A stretch of 64,000 nucleotides of DNA from the human T2T-CHM13v2.0 reference genome, Homo sapiens. The notes beneath the pieces were generated by a model that saw only the letters and a program-made list of their open reading frames with translations, was not told the origin of the DNA and ran no database searches. Positions within the stretch are counted from its first letter, which is position 1, and every line of letters begins with the position of its first letter. Positions 1 through 20,900 of the stretch are shown here, piece after piece. Position numbers and translations under genes: made by a program. The stretch lies in NCBI RefSeq assembly GCF_009914755.1, contig NC_060947.1; one strand, written 5' to 3'.

Positions 1-339
1 GGTTGCAACACTTTGCAGGCATCTTTCTCAGTGTAAATCCACAAATTGGTATTCTGGATTCGCAATCAACCAGTTACAAATTTAGGTAGGGCAATCCCAT
101 CCCTAGACCTGAACACTTTTGGGAGAGCTGACAAAGTTTCTGAATCCTCAAATTTGCAAAACAGACCCTCCACCCCTGGGAGGACCCGCTCAAACAGCCA
201 ACTGGTTTCTTTCTTTACTACCTCATCACTGAAACAGGCAGAGTCCAAGAGACGATTCTGAAATATAGAACCCTGTCTAGGAAGGCAGGCTTAAGGAGGG
301 CCTCCAGGAAGGGACTGTGAGCAAAGCATAAAGTGTATG

Positions 340-560
340 CAGGTGTATGGTGGTGGGGGGGGCAATGGCAAGAAGGAGGAATAGGAATAAGAGCGTAGTT
401 AAGAACGTGGGTGGGAGAGGGTGGGTGCTGAGAATTACTTAATAGATACAATGCACATTATTTGGGTCATGGATACACTAAAAGCCTGGATTTCAGACTG
501 TGCAATACATCCACAGAACAAAATTGCATTTGCACGTTTTAGATTTATACAATAATTTTT
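340..560 (+). mobile_element. Old L1 3'-end fragment (L1MA/L1PB-like)
   Basis: 'tacaatgcacattatttgggtcatggatacactaaaagcctggatttc...aacaaaattgcatttgcac' resembles an L1MA/L1PB 3' UTR terminus; boundaries approximate. Confidence 0.65.
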
Positions 561-589
561 AAGACAAATGTAGGCTCTGCCTGTGTTTG

Positions 590-760
590 CATCTCAGTCC
601 AGTTTCCTCATTTGTTAAACAGAATCATAATATCTGAAGTCCAGTTTCCTCATTTGTAAAATGGGATCATAATAGTATTTACCACTATATTATGAGAATT
701 AAATGAGATAGTACCACGGAAGACTTAGCACAATGTCCAGCACATAAGAAGCACTCAGTA
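590..760. mobile_element. MIR SINE fragment
   Basis: MIR core 'cagtttcctcatttgtaaaatgggatcataatagta...gagaattaaatgagata...cttagcacaatgtccagcaca'. Confidence 0.75.
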
Positions 761-1075
761 TATGCCACCTGTTCCTAGAGGAGAGAGTGAGGCCAAGGAG
801 GTTCCAACGGGAAGAAAGGAGAAATAAATGCAGGGAGATGAGAAAGACTCAGATAAGCTGCCTAATTTCCACTTTTTTCCGAGGGCCAGCTTTGACTATT
901 TTAGGTGTTTTACCAGAAATGTATTTGCATCATTTGTAAATTTCCCTGTCACTACCAATTTCCACTTCCAGCTCTGTCCTTTTTTATCTGTGTGTGACCA
1001 TGGGTAAATCTCCTAATCACTCCATACCTCAGTTTCTCCAAAAATACAAGTAAGTGGTTATTGTAGAAAACTGTT

Positions 1076-2779
1076 CCTCTCCCTCTCCCTCTCCCTCCCC
1101 CTCCCCCTCCCTCTCCGTCTCCGTCTCCCTCTCCCCACGGTCTCCCTCTCCCTCTCTTTCCACAGTCTCCCTCTGATGCCGAGCCGAGGCTGGACTGTAC
1201 TGCTGCCATCTCGGCTCACTGCGGCCTCCCTGCCTGGTTCTCCTGCCTCGGCCTGCCGAGTGCCTGCGATTGCGGGTGCACGCCGCCACGCCTGACTGGT
1301 TTTCGTGTTTTTTTGGTGGAGACGGGGTTTCCCTGTGTTGGCCGGGCTGGTCTCCAGCTCCTGGCCGCGAGTGATCCGCCAGCCTCGGCCTCCCGGGGTG
1401 CCGGGATTGCGGGCAGAGTCTCGTTCACTCGGTGCTCAGTGGTGCCCAGGCTGGAGTGCAGTGGTGTGATCTCGGCTCACTACAACCTCCACCTCCCAGC
1501 CGCCTGCCTTGGCCTCCCAGAGTGCCGAGATTGCAGCCTCTGCCCAACCGCCACCCCGTCTGGGAAGTGAGGAGCGTCTCTGCCTGGCCGCCCATCGTCT
1601 GGGATGTGAGGAGCCCCTCTGCCTGGCTGCCCAGTCTGGAAAGTGAGGAGCATCTCTGCCCGGCCGCCATCCCGTCTAGGAAATGAGGAGCGTCTCTGCC
1701 CGGCCGCCCATCGTCTGAGATGTGGGGAGCGCCTCTGCCCTGCCGCCCCGTCTGGGATGTGAGGAGCGTCTCTGCCCGGCAGCCCCGTCTGAGAAGTGAG
1801 GAGACCCTCTGCCTGGCAACCGCCCAGTCTGAGAAGTGAGGAGCCCCTCTGCCCGGCAGCCGCCCCGTCTGAGAAGTGAGGAGCCCCTCTGCCCAGCAGC
1901 CACCCTGTCTGGGAAGTGAGGAGCGTCTCCGCCCGGCAGCCACCCAGTCCGGGAGGGAGATGGGGGTCAGCCCCAGCCAGGCCAGCCGCCCCGTCCGGGA
2001 GGGTGGTGGGGGGGTCAGCCCCCTGCCAGGCCAGCTGCCCTGTCCGGGAGGTGAGGGGCGCCTCAGCCCGGCCGCCCCTACTGGGAAGTGAGGAGCCCCT
2101 CTGCCCAGCCAGCCGCCCTGTCCGGGAGGGAGGTGGGGGGGTCAGCCCCCCGCCCGGCCAGCCGCCCCGTCCGGAAGGTGAGGGGCGCCTCTGCCCGGCT
2201 GCCCCTACTGGGAAGTGAGGAGCCCCTTTGCCTGGCCGCCGCCCCGTCTGGGAGGTGTACCCAACAGCTCATTGAGAGCGGGCCATGATGACAATGGCGG
2301 TTTTGTGGAATGGAAGGGCAGGAAAGGTGGGGGAAAGATTGAGAAATCAGATGGTTGCCATGTCTGTGTAGAAAGAGGTAGACATGGGAGACTTTTCATT
2401 TTGTTCTGTACTGAGAAAAATTCTTCTGCCTTGGGATCCTGTTGATCTATGACCTTACCCCCAACCCTGTGCTCTCTGAAACAAGTGCTGTGTCCACTCA
2501 GGGTTGAATGGATTGAGGGCGGTGCAAGATGTGCTTTGTTGAACAGATGCTTGAAGGCAGCATGCTCGTTGAGAGTCATCGCCACTCCCTAATCTCAAGT
2601 ACCCAGGGACACAGACACTGCGGAAGGCCGCAAGGTCCTCTGCCTAGGAAAACCAGAGACCTTTGTTCACTTGTTTATCTGCTGACCTTCCCTCCACTGT
2701 TGTCCTGTGACCCTGCCAAGTCCCCCTCTGCGAGAAACACCCAAGAATGATCAATAAAAAAGAAAAAAAAAAAAAGAAA
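1076..2779 (+). mobile_element. Full-length SVA retrotransposon (SVA_D-like)
   Basis: (CCCTCT)n hexamer head from 1076, antisense Alu-like domain ~1175-1540, GC-rich VNTR ~1540-2250, SINE-R ~2255-2757, AATAAA 2753-2758, A-tail. 11-bp TSD AGAAAACTGTT at 1065-1075 and 2780-2790. Confidence 0.97.
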
Positions 2780-2854
2780 AGAAAACTGTTAAGATCATTC
2801 CTATTCCAACATTCTTATTCTATCTTAAATTCTTGTCTTTTTCTTTGTGAAAGG

Positions 2855-3972
2855 GTTATGGGTTGAATTATGTCCTCAGAAGGATATATTGAAGTCTTAA
2901 GCCCCAGTACCTGTGTTACTGGTGGAAGGTGTCCAGGTTCTTGGCATTTTGAACAAAGAATTGGACAAAATGCACAGGTTTGTCAAAGGTCAGATGGCTG
3001 TAGGTGTGCAGTTTTATTTCTGGGTTCTCTATTCTGTTCTGTTACCAGTGGAGGGTGTCCAGGTTCTTGGCATTTTGAACAAAGAATTGGACAAAACGCA
3101 CAAAGCAAGGAAAGAATGAAGCAAGGAAAGCAGAGATTTATTGAAAACGAAATTACACACCACAGGGTTGGAGTGGGCTGAAGCAGCCGCTCAAGGGCCC
3201 CGACACAGAATCTTCTTCGGTCCAACACTCCCTAGAGGTTTCCCATTGGCCACTTGGTGTTCCCCTTATGTAAATGAAGTGGTGGCCCACAGTCAGAGGC
3301 TAAAGTGAAGTTACAAATTGCACTTCTATGCAAACAAAGACTTGGCCCGCAATCAGAGGCTGAAGTTACAAAGTTACAATCCTATGCAAAAAGCAACCAA
3401 TCAGAGGTATTTTCAATTTCCCATCTGCCCCACAGAAAGGGTGGGGATTTGCAAAGGGAGTAGCCTCTGGTCCTTTTGTTACTTAGGCGTGGAAAGTTAG
3501 GGTTTTCCTTTCCATTTCCTTCTAGGAAGTCAGTGTGAATCAGCCTCAGGTTCCCTACCTCCAGACCCTATTCTCCTACCTCACCTGTAAATGAGAACTT
3601 ATTTGGAAATAATCAAAGATGTAATCAAATTAAGATAGGTCATTAGGGTGGGCCCTAATCCAATATGGCTGGTGTCTTTCTAAGAGTAGAAGATGCACAG
3701 AGACACGGGGAAGAAGACAGCCATGTGATGACAGAGGCAACAATTGGAGCGATCCATCTACAAGCCAAGGAACACCCATGATTACCAGAAAACAACAGAA
3801 GCTAGAAGGAGACAAGGAAGGATTCTCCCCTCCAGGTTTCAGAGGGGCAGGCTCTGAAAACACCTTGATTTCAGAATTCTAGTGTCCAGAACTGTGAGAA
3901 AATAAATTTCTGTTATTTTAAGCCACCCAGTTTGTACTACTTTGTTACAGTAGCCCTAGGAAACTAATCCAG
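2855..3972 (+). mobile_element. MLT1C-like MaLR LTR interrupted by MER51A
   Basis: 'gttatgggttgaattatgtcc...gccccagtacct' resumes after the insertion as 'gtaaatgagaacttatttggaaat...catctacaagccaagga...ctaggaaactaatcca'. Confidence 0.8.
2914..3583 (-). mobile_element. MER51A-like ERV1 solo LTR with an internal insertion
   Basis: Reverse complement starts TGAGGTAGGAGAATAGGGTCTGGAGG and ends ...GTAACA. 4-bp TSD CCTG at 2910-2913 and 3584-3587. Confidence 0.85.
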
Positions 3973-4691
3973 AAAGTGTCCCCAAAACATGTCTATCTTG
4001 TGCTATCAAACTGTTGTTTCCAAGAGTCCTACCTTCTTTCATATCTCCATTTCTAATTAAAGAAAGTTTAAACACAGCATTCTAAATTCCTGATTTAGCA
4101 ATTTCATTAAATGATAAAAATTAATGCATGATATACCAGATATTCGGAAAACATAAATTGCCAGAAGATTGTTATAGCAACATCCATACTAATTAACATG
4201 TCTTAAGAAAGGCCATGCGTGTTTATCATCTAATTAGAATCATACAATCAAAAGAATAAAGAGTACTTCCTTGGGGGATATAAAATAAATAAATAACTAC
4301 AATATTTTCATTAAAGTTGGCAATGTTCCTTTGAACCTATTTGAATGCTAGAAATTGATGTATAAATTAAATGGTTTTATAGTTTAGATTTGATATTTAG
4401 AAGAGATTTAGACCATTAGTGCAAATTATTTTAAAATGTATTTTGTGTTTGAAAAATACTATGATGCTTACAATGCTATGTGAAGAAAATGAGCTACAAC
4501 TCATTTAAAATCGTGAATAAAAGGGTGTTTTAGAGACTGATGTCCGTATTCCTATGAGACCTGAAAAATTTTCCAAAGTTCAGAGTGTTTGACAAAAAAA
4601 TGCACCAATTCCTAGATATGGGGTTTGCCAAATTGTAACCCACAGGCCAAATCCATCCCATCACTGGTTTTTTGTACAGCCTACACGCTAA

Positions 4692-4694
<3 letters not shown>

Positions 4695-4740
<46 letters not shown>

Positions 4741-4755
4741 CACACACATATATTA
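4695..4755. repeat. Compound (CA)n(TA)n microsatellite
   Basis: Directly visible. A second (AC)n tract lies at ~5803-5835. Confidence 0.95.
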
Positions 4756-4897
4756 AACAGTTAAAAAAATTGAAAGAAGAAAAATGTTTTGTGACTCGTG
4801 AAATTTACATGAAATTCAAATTTCAGTGTTAATAAATAAAGTTTTATGGGAACACATCCTCCCTCACTCATTCATTTACATATTGTCTATGGCTGTT

Positions 4898-5513
4898 TGC
4901 ATCACTTTCCTGTTGCTGTATAACAAATTACCACAACTTTAGTGGCTTACTTAAAACACAAATTTATTATCTTACAGTTTCCACTGGTCAGCAGTCCCGG
5001 CAGGACTGGGCTGTTTGTTCAGGGTCTCACCAGGCTGAAATCAAGGTGTTGGCCAGGGTGGTAGTCTCATCTGAGGCTCAAGGTCCTCTTTCAAGCTCAC
5101 CTAGTTGGCAGAATTTAATTCTTTGCAGTTGTAGAACTGGGACTCCCATTCTTATGCTGGCCACCAGCCAAGGGCTACCTTCAGCTCCTAGAGGCTGGTT
5201 ACATTCCTTGCCACATGGCCCCTCCATCTTCAAAGTAAGCAATAGAGAGTCTCCCTCACATTCAACCTCTTTAACATTTTGAATCTCTCTTACTAGGAAG
5301 AGCCCTATCCCTTTTAAAGGCTCACCTGATTAGGCAAAACCTACCATGCATAATCTCCCTATTTTAAGGTCAACTGATTTGAGACATTAAGTATGTCTCC
5401 AAAATCCCTTCACGGCAGCACCTAGATTAGTGTTTGATTAAATAACTGAGATAAAGTTTGTATGCATCAGGGGCCAGGAATCTCAGAAGCCATCTTAGAA
5501 TTCTGCCTACCAC
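4898..5513 (-). mobile_element. MLT1E-like MaLR LTR
   Basis: 'ttgctgtataacaaattaccacaactttagtggctta...aatttattatcttacagtt...gaaatcaaggtgttggc...tagaattctgcctaccaca'. Confidence 0.7.
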
Positions 5514-5801
5514 ACTGTTGCCATGCTATGATGGGAAACTTCAGTAGTTGCAACAGAGACCACATGGCCAGCAAAGCTTAATATTTGGCCCAGAGACCAT
5601 ACGGCCCCAAATTACTTACTATTTGGCCCAAACAGAACAAGTTTGCTGATCCCTGTCCCAAATTAAGCTGAGTTTCAAACTTGAAAACTGCATGATCTCC
5701 GTTCAGCAAATAACCCTAAATCTGGGACAGTGTAAACAGAAGGGAGAGGCCATGAGAGTGAGACAATAGTAGCATTACCAAACTGTTTCAACTTTTCAAC
5801 T

Positions 5802-5837
<36 letters not shown>

Positions 5838-5862
5838 TACAGATGGTACTGAACTGGTGGTA

Positions 5863-10912
<5,050 letters not shown>

Positions 10913-11134
10913 CCATTTTCTTTTTTTATTCATTGATGGCACTGAATTTATTGATGAGTAGGTGATTTTTTTATGGCTTATCTCATGATTTATTCAGATC
11001 TTTAATGTCTTTCAATGAAGCTTTACAAGTTTGTTCTTAAATGCTTTATTTTTTGTTGCTCTTGAAAATGGCCTTTTTAAAAAAAATAATGTATTTTTGT
11101 GTATAGTAACCCTATTTATTCTATTTTTAAAATC

Positions 11135-12482
11135 TTTTATTTTAAGTTCAGGGGTACATGTGTAGGCTTGTTACATAGGTAAATGTGTGTCATGAGGGTT
11201 TGCTGTACAGATTATTTCACCACCAGGTATTAAGCCTAGTACCCATTAGTTACTTTTCCTGATGCTCTCCCTCCTCCCACCCTCCACCCTCTGAAAGGCC
11301 CCAGTGTGTGAAAGACCCCTCTATGTGTCCATGTGTTCTCATCATTTAGCTCCCACTTATAGGTGAGGACATGCAGTATTTGGTTTTCTGTTCCTGCATT
11401 AGTTTGCTAAGGATAATGGCCTCCAGCTCCATCCATGTCCCTGCAAAGGACATGCTCTTGTTATTTTTTATAGCTGCATAGTATTCCATGGTGTATATGT
11501 ACCACATTTTCTTTATCCAGTCTATCATTGATGGGCATTTAGGTTGATTCCATGTCTTTGCTATTGTGAATAGTGCTGCAATGAACATACATGTGCATGT
11601 GTCTTTATAACAGACTGATTTATATTCCTTTGGGTATATACCCAGTAATGAGATTGCTGGGTTGAATGGTAGTTCTACTTTTAGCTCTTTCAGGAATCAC
11701 CATACTGCTTTCTGCAATGGGTGAACTAATTTACACTCCCACCAATAGTGTACAAGTGTTCCCTTTTCTCTGCAACCTTGCCAGTGTCTGCTTTTTTTTT
11801 TTTCCTTTTTATCATAGCCATACAGACTGGCTTGAGATGGTACCTCATTGTGGTTTTGGTTTGCATTTCTCTAATGATCAGTGATATTGAGCTTTTCTTC
11901 ATATGCTTGTTGTTCATACGTATGTCTTCTTTTGAAAAATGTCTGTTCATGTCCTTTACCCACTTTTTAATAGGGTCGTTTAGTTTTTTCTTGTAAATTT
12001 GTTTAAGTTCCTTATAGATGCTGGATATTAGACCTTTGTCAGATGCATAGTTTGCAAAAATGTTCTCCCGTTCTGTAGGTTGTCTGTTTACTCTGTTGAT
12101 AGTTTCTTTTGCTGTGCAGAAGTTCTTTCATTTAATTAGCTCTCCTTTGTCAATTTTTGCTTGTGTTGCAATTGCTTTTGGTGTCTTTGTCATGAAATCT
12201 TTCCCTGTGCCTATGTCCTGAGTGGTATTGCCTAGGTTGTCTTCCAGGGATTTTATAGTTTTGGGTTTTACATTTAAGTCTTTGGTTCATCTTGAGTTAA
12301 TTTTTGTATGATATGGTATAAGGAAGCGGTTTAGTTTCAATCTTCTGCATATTGCTAGCCAGTTATTCCAGCAGTATTTATTGAATAGGGAATTCTTTCC
12401 TCATTGCTTGTTTTTGTCAGGTTTGTCAAAGATCAGATGGCTGTAGGTATGCAGTTTTATTTCTGGGTTCTCTATTCTGTTC
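11135..12482 (-). mobile_element. L1PA/L1PB-type 3' fragment (3' UTR and ORF2 C-terminus)
   Basis: ORF track 11346-11588 (MFIAALFTIAKTWNQPKCPS) and 11726-11950 ([10 protein letters not shown]...TTMRYHL) are L1 ORF2p C-terminal peptides broken by frameshifts. Confidence 0.93.
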
Positions 12483-12664
12483 TGTCACGGGTGGAGGGTG
12501 TCCAGGTTCTTGGCATTTTGAACAAAGAATTGGACAAAACACACAAATAAAGCAAGGAAAGAATGAAGCAAGGAAAGCAGAGATTCATTGAAAACGAAAG
12601 TACACTCCACAGTGTGGGAGTGGGCGGAGCAGTGGCTCAAGGGCCCTGGATACAGAATCTTCTT
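12483..12664 (-). mobile_element. Truncated MER51A-like LTR (3' end only)
   Basis: Aligns to 3040-3217; abuts a + strand L1 3' tip. Confidence 0.8.
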
Positions 12665-13109
<445 letters not shown>

Positions 13110-13826
13110 TAAATTTTTTTTTAATGGAATGTTCGGACAGAGACCGAGACATGGGGAGAAAGCCACGTGAAGAAAGATGAAGGCAGAGATTGAAGCAATG
13201 CATCTACAAGCCAAGGAATGCCAAAGATTGGCTGCAAACCCCCAGAAGCAATGAAAGAGGCATAGAAAAGATTCTCTCTCTCAGCCTTCATAAGAAACCA
13301 ACCTTGCTGACCCCTTGATTTCAGACTTCTGTTCCCTAGATCTGTGAGACAATACATTTCTGTGCTCAGTTTGTGCCACTATGTTATAACAGCCTTAGGT
13401 AATGAATGCAGCATTAGTTAATGAAGCATTGACATTGTCCAGCATAATACTGGACTAGATGTCCTTAAGGGCACTTCTTTACTTCTCTAATACACAATTT
13501 TTAAAATGGTTCAATTCAATGACAGAAGACAATAAATTGTTGGAAATATATTTAATTCATTTATTCATTCAACAAATATTCATTGAACACACTACATGGC
13601 ACAGTAGGGAACAAAACAGACAATCCCCTACCCTGGTGGAGCTTACATGCTAATGAAGGAGACAGACATTAACAAAAAAAAGATAAATACATAGCCACAA
13701 ACTTGTTAAGTGATATTAAGAAAATACAGGGTGTGGCCGGGTGCAGTGGCTTACACCTGTAATCCCAGCAGTTTGGGAGGCCGAAGCGGGCGGATCACCT
13801 GAGATCAGGAGTTTAAGACCAGGCTA

Positions 13827-14015
<189 letters not shown>

Positions 14016-17000
14016 TCAAAAAAAAAGAATGAAAGAAAGAAAGAAAGAAAAGAAAAGAAAAGAAAAGAAAAGACAGGGTGCTAGGAGAGAGTATAAGAGA
14101 GTATTCATAGACGTCCTCTCTGGAGAGACAATATTTAAACTGGAAAGTTGAAGGAAGAGAAGGATCTCTATGTGAAGACAGGGAAGCTCATTTCAGGCAG
14201 AAGAAACTGCATGTGCAAGGGTCTTGATGTAGAAATATGTTGGCATGGGTAAAGAACAGAAGGGCTATTAGAACTTGATATGCTTGGGAAATAAGAGAGA
14301 GAAAAAAAGTCAAAGATGACTAACTGGGAAACTGAGTGAATAGTGGGAGCTATTGACTGAGGTGTGGAAGAATCTAGGAAGAATGAAATGGGTCAGGGTA
14401 GGAAGCAAAAGTTCAGTTTTAGACATGTTAAGTTGGGAATCAGTAAATCTTCAAGTGGGAAACAATATATAAGCTTAGAGCTCAGGAGAAAGGCGTGGGC
14501 TGGAGATAGAAATTTGGGAGTCATCAGTATAGGTGGTATTTATAGCCCTGGAACTGGAAAGGATTATTAGCAAGGGAGTAAGTGGGGCTAGAGAAGGGAG
14601 AAGGGCCAAGGACTGAGTCCTGGGGCATCCTGACTCAGAGATTTGGCATTGTCAGATCTGCATTGTCATCTGAGACTCTCCCTTCCCAACTATACTGCCT
14701 TTCCCCTTTCTATCCGCAAGTGTCAAGTCTGTGTCATGGTCTGAGGCATTTCCTGCCCAATCTTGCTTCCTCCCCTTTTGTAATTCACAAGCAGACCCCA
14801 ATAAACTTCTTACACTGCTAATTCTGTCTCAGTATCTGCTTCCCAGAGGACCTGAACTGACACAATTGGTACCAGGATTGGTCTGAGAAAGCAGGAGATG
14901 ATTGGGGTTTTGGCACTGGATCACTTAATGAAATGAAATGAGGACTTCTTCCCAAGTAGTATGTGGACCATGGATAGTCCCTGGTACAAGATGGTGGCCC
15001 AACTGCTAAAACTGTCACTGGTAGTAACTTGGGAGAGTGTTCTGGTAAAAAGAAAATGCTCTGGCAGGTGCAATGAAGAGTAGAGATGAATAACTTTGCA
15101 TAGAAGGACTGTGGACTTGGCTGGCTGTCATTAAGGTGCACAGACACCATATGAAGGGACAATTAAGTGGCTGAGGGCAGTTAACTATTGAAAACTAAGC
15201 ATGAAGGCCAGAGGACCTCTTTGGTAGCTCATAAAGATGTTCTTATCTCGTTCAGTGAGACAGCAGAAAAACCTAGAGATCAAACTCAGAATGACCAAGC
15301 TTCAAAGGTGACTGTATACTCATCCAAGCCAGGTCCACGATACTCAAGTCAGCACTCCAGTTAGGCAAACCCAGGATCGTGGCAAACAGCATGGGAATGT
15401 CTAAGTGGGTGCTCCCAAAGATTTTGACTCCTCAGACTGCTCTGAACCTTTAGAGCCTGCAGCAGTAACTCATCTCTCCCTATTAAGGGCTGGCATCCAC
15501 CCCATCCTTTGTGGGAAGACAGCACAAAGGCCTTTCCCTTATAAGGCACCAAGATCTGCCTCCACCTTTTCTCCTGGCTATAAGACCAGTAAGTAGGGTT
15601 AAGTCAGGGTGTAAGCCTGCCAGGGATGCGCTGGGCCTGGTAAGAAAGGAAAAGATCTATACCCCAAAGGAGTTGTAAGATCTAGCCAACATATACTAGG
15701 AGTCAGAGAGGTCCCACGGACTGGATTTAGAGTGTTTGAGCAATGGGGCCAGAACATAAGACTAGGTAAGGGAGAGTTTATTGATTTGGGGGCACTGTCC
15801 AGGAATACAGGACTTAGCACTGTGGCAAGGACCCTAGGAGTTGGTGTAAACTGGCAGTCAGGGTGGCCCCTAGAACCCTGGGGAAAGTGATAACTCACAT
15901 TGAGTGAGGGTGAAATGCCTAAATTGCCAGGACAGATGGTAATGAAAGGAACTAAGTAGCGCAGGAAGGTGAATATGCTGGAGTGGTTATATAACCTGAG
16001 GCCCGAAGACCAGCCAGAGAATTATGTTGCACAGGAGGGCTCAGGAGATGCACGATTTACCAACGCCATGTGGAATGCCCTGGTGAAAGGGGTGCCAGCA
16101 TCACCAAGATGTTCCATGGTGTTGCTCCTCTGCAGGCCAAGGTGGACTACAGGAGAGGCAATCACAGAGCTGGGCTTGTTAATGGAAGCCAAAGTTATAA
16201 GGGCCGAGTGACTGTGTTTAACTGCCCGAAGTCAGAAGGCTGCACTTAGACCACAGTGATTAGCAATCAGAGGAGCAGCCAAAGACACTCCAGGAGTTAA
16301 GAGGATTAATAGTGCATGTTGTCCCTAGAGGCAAAATAGGTGGATTGCCAACAAGAATATCGTTTAATTACATAATTTTTAAGTGGCAATAGATGAGGAG
16401 GAGGTTGAAGGTCAACACTCCTATAAAAAGCCATGATCTCCTGCCTAGTTCCTGGATCTGAGTTATCAGACTTAGGACTCATTGACTGAAGAGGTGGCTA
16501 GGTCCCCTGGAAGAAGAACCCTACACATCACCATGGCAATTATAAACCATAGTTTGAGTCCTTCTCCCAAAAGGACCTAAGACTTAGATGACTCTACACG
16601 AAGGACAGACATTTAGAGACTACTGGAAATTGATGTCTAGAGACCCAAAAAGTTTCTCTAACAAGGAATTCCAGGTAATAAGCAAGGAGACAGAACACAA
16701 ATTTGGATAGAAGATAGTTTACCAATATAGGAGTACTCTCCTGGTATACACCCGGGGAAGGGCCCTGGAAGACAGCACAAACACAATGCTAGGATAGATC
16801 CTAGAAGCATGAAAAACATGTTGTCTGACACTAAGTGCAGTAGAAATGCCTACATTGCCCTGGCAGATAGTGAAGAAAGGAATGAGAAGGCTCAGGGAGG
16901 TGGACACGCTGGAGTGCGTATGTCATGTGAGGCCAGAAGACCCACTGGAGGATTCTCTTGTACAGAAGGACTCAGGGAACATCCAGTTCACCCAGTCCAT

Positions 17001-17744
17001 AAGGAATGTGCTGGAGAGAGGGATGCCAGCATATCACCAGTAAATTCAATGTGGCTCTCCTCTGCAGGCCAGAGTGGATGATAGGAGGGGCAATCACAGA
17101 GCTGGGCTCATAACTAGCAATGGGGATGACGGGGCCTCTTCCATCCTGGAAGGGCCAGCAATTCATTCTCACAGGATGGACATTCTTTCTGAATATGGTT
17201 TTGCCTTTCCTGCCCACAGAACCTCATCCAGCACCACCATCCAGGGGCTTAAGGAGTGCCTGATCCACACCATGGAATCCAACACAGCACAGCATCCAAA
17301 CAGGGAATTTATTTCATAGCAAAGGAAGTTTGGGAGCGTGCCTATGACCATAGGATCCCCTAGGCATGCAACATTCCACACCATTCATAAGTAGCTGGCC
17401 TGACAGAGTGATGGAATGGCAAGGAGCAGCTGAAGCACCAGCTCAGAAGCAACACTCTGCAAAGATGTGGTAGCATCCTCCAGGATGCAGTGTAAGCACT
17501 AAATTAGAGACCTCTATATGGCACCATCTCGCCAAGAGGAAAAATACATGGGTGCAGGAACCAAGGAGTGAAAGCAGGAGAACCATCATTCTCAATAACC
17601 TACTAGTAGCAAGACATTGTGCTTTCAGTCTCCACAACCTGGGGCTCTACAGTGTAAGAGGTGAGCACACTCTTGCCAGGGGCGTAGCAGGAGTCCCATT
17701 GAACTATACGCTACAGCTGCCACCAGAGCATTTTGGAGGTCAGA

Positions 17745-20900
<3,156 letters not shown>

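Larger units (their letters stand above)
4617..5660. mobile_element. MER58B-like hAT MITE interrupted by a microsatellite and an MLT1 LTR
   Basis: 'ggggtttgccaaa...cacaggccaaatcc', 'atgaaattcaaatttcagtgttaataaataaagttttat', and end 'agtttgctgatccctg'. Confidence 0.7.

Noticed and set aside
46-451. Short ORFs at the window start (e.g. 66-248 minus)
   Set aside because: No recognisable protein family, non-ATG starts and no splice or retrocopy hallmarks; I could not assign this sequence.
1540-2250. Repeat array that superficially resembles CRISPR
   Set aside because: SVA VNTR: degenerate tandem units without unique spacers, eukaryotic context, no cas genes.
1029-2750. Many overlapping ORFs up to 172 aa
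   Set aside because: Products of the GC-rich SVA VNTR and Alu-like domains.
11346-11996. L1 ORF2-like peptides
   Set aside because: Frameshifted 3' fragment of an inactive L1.
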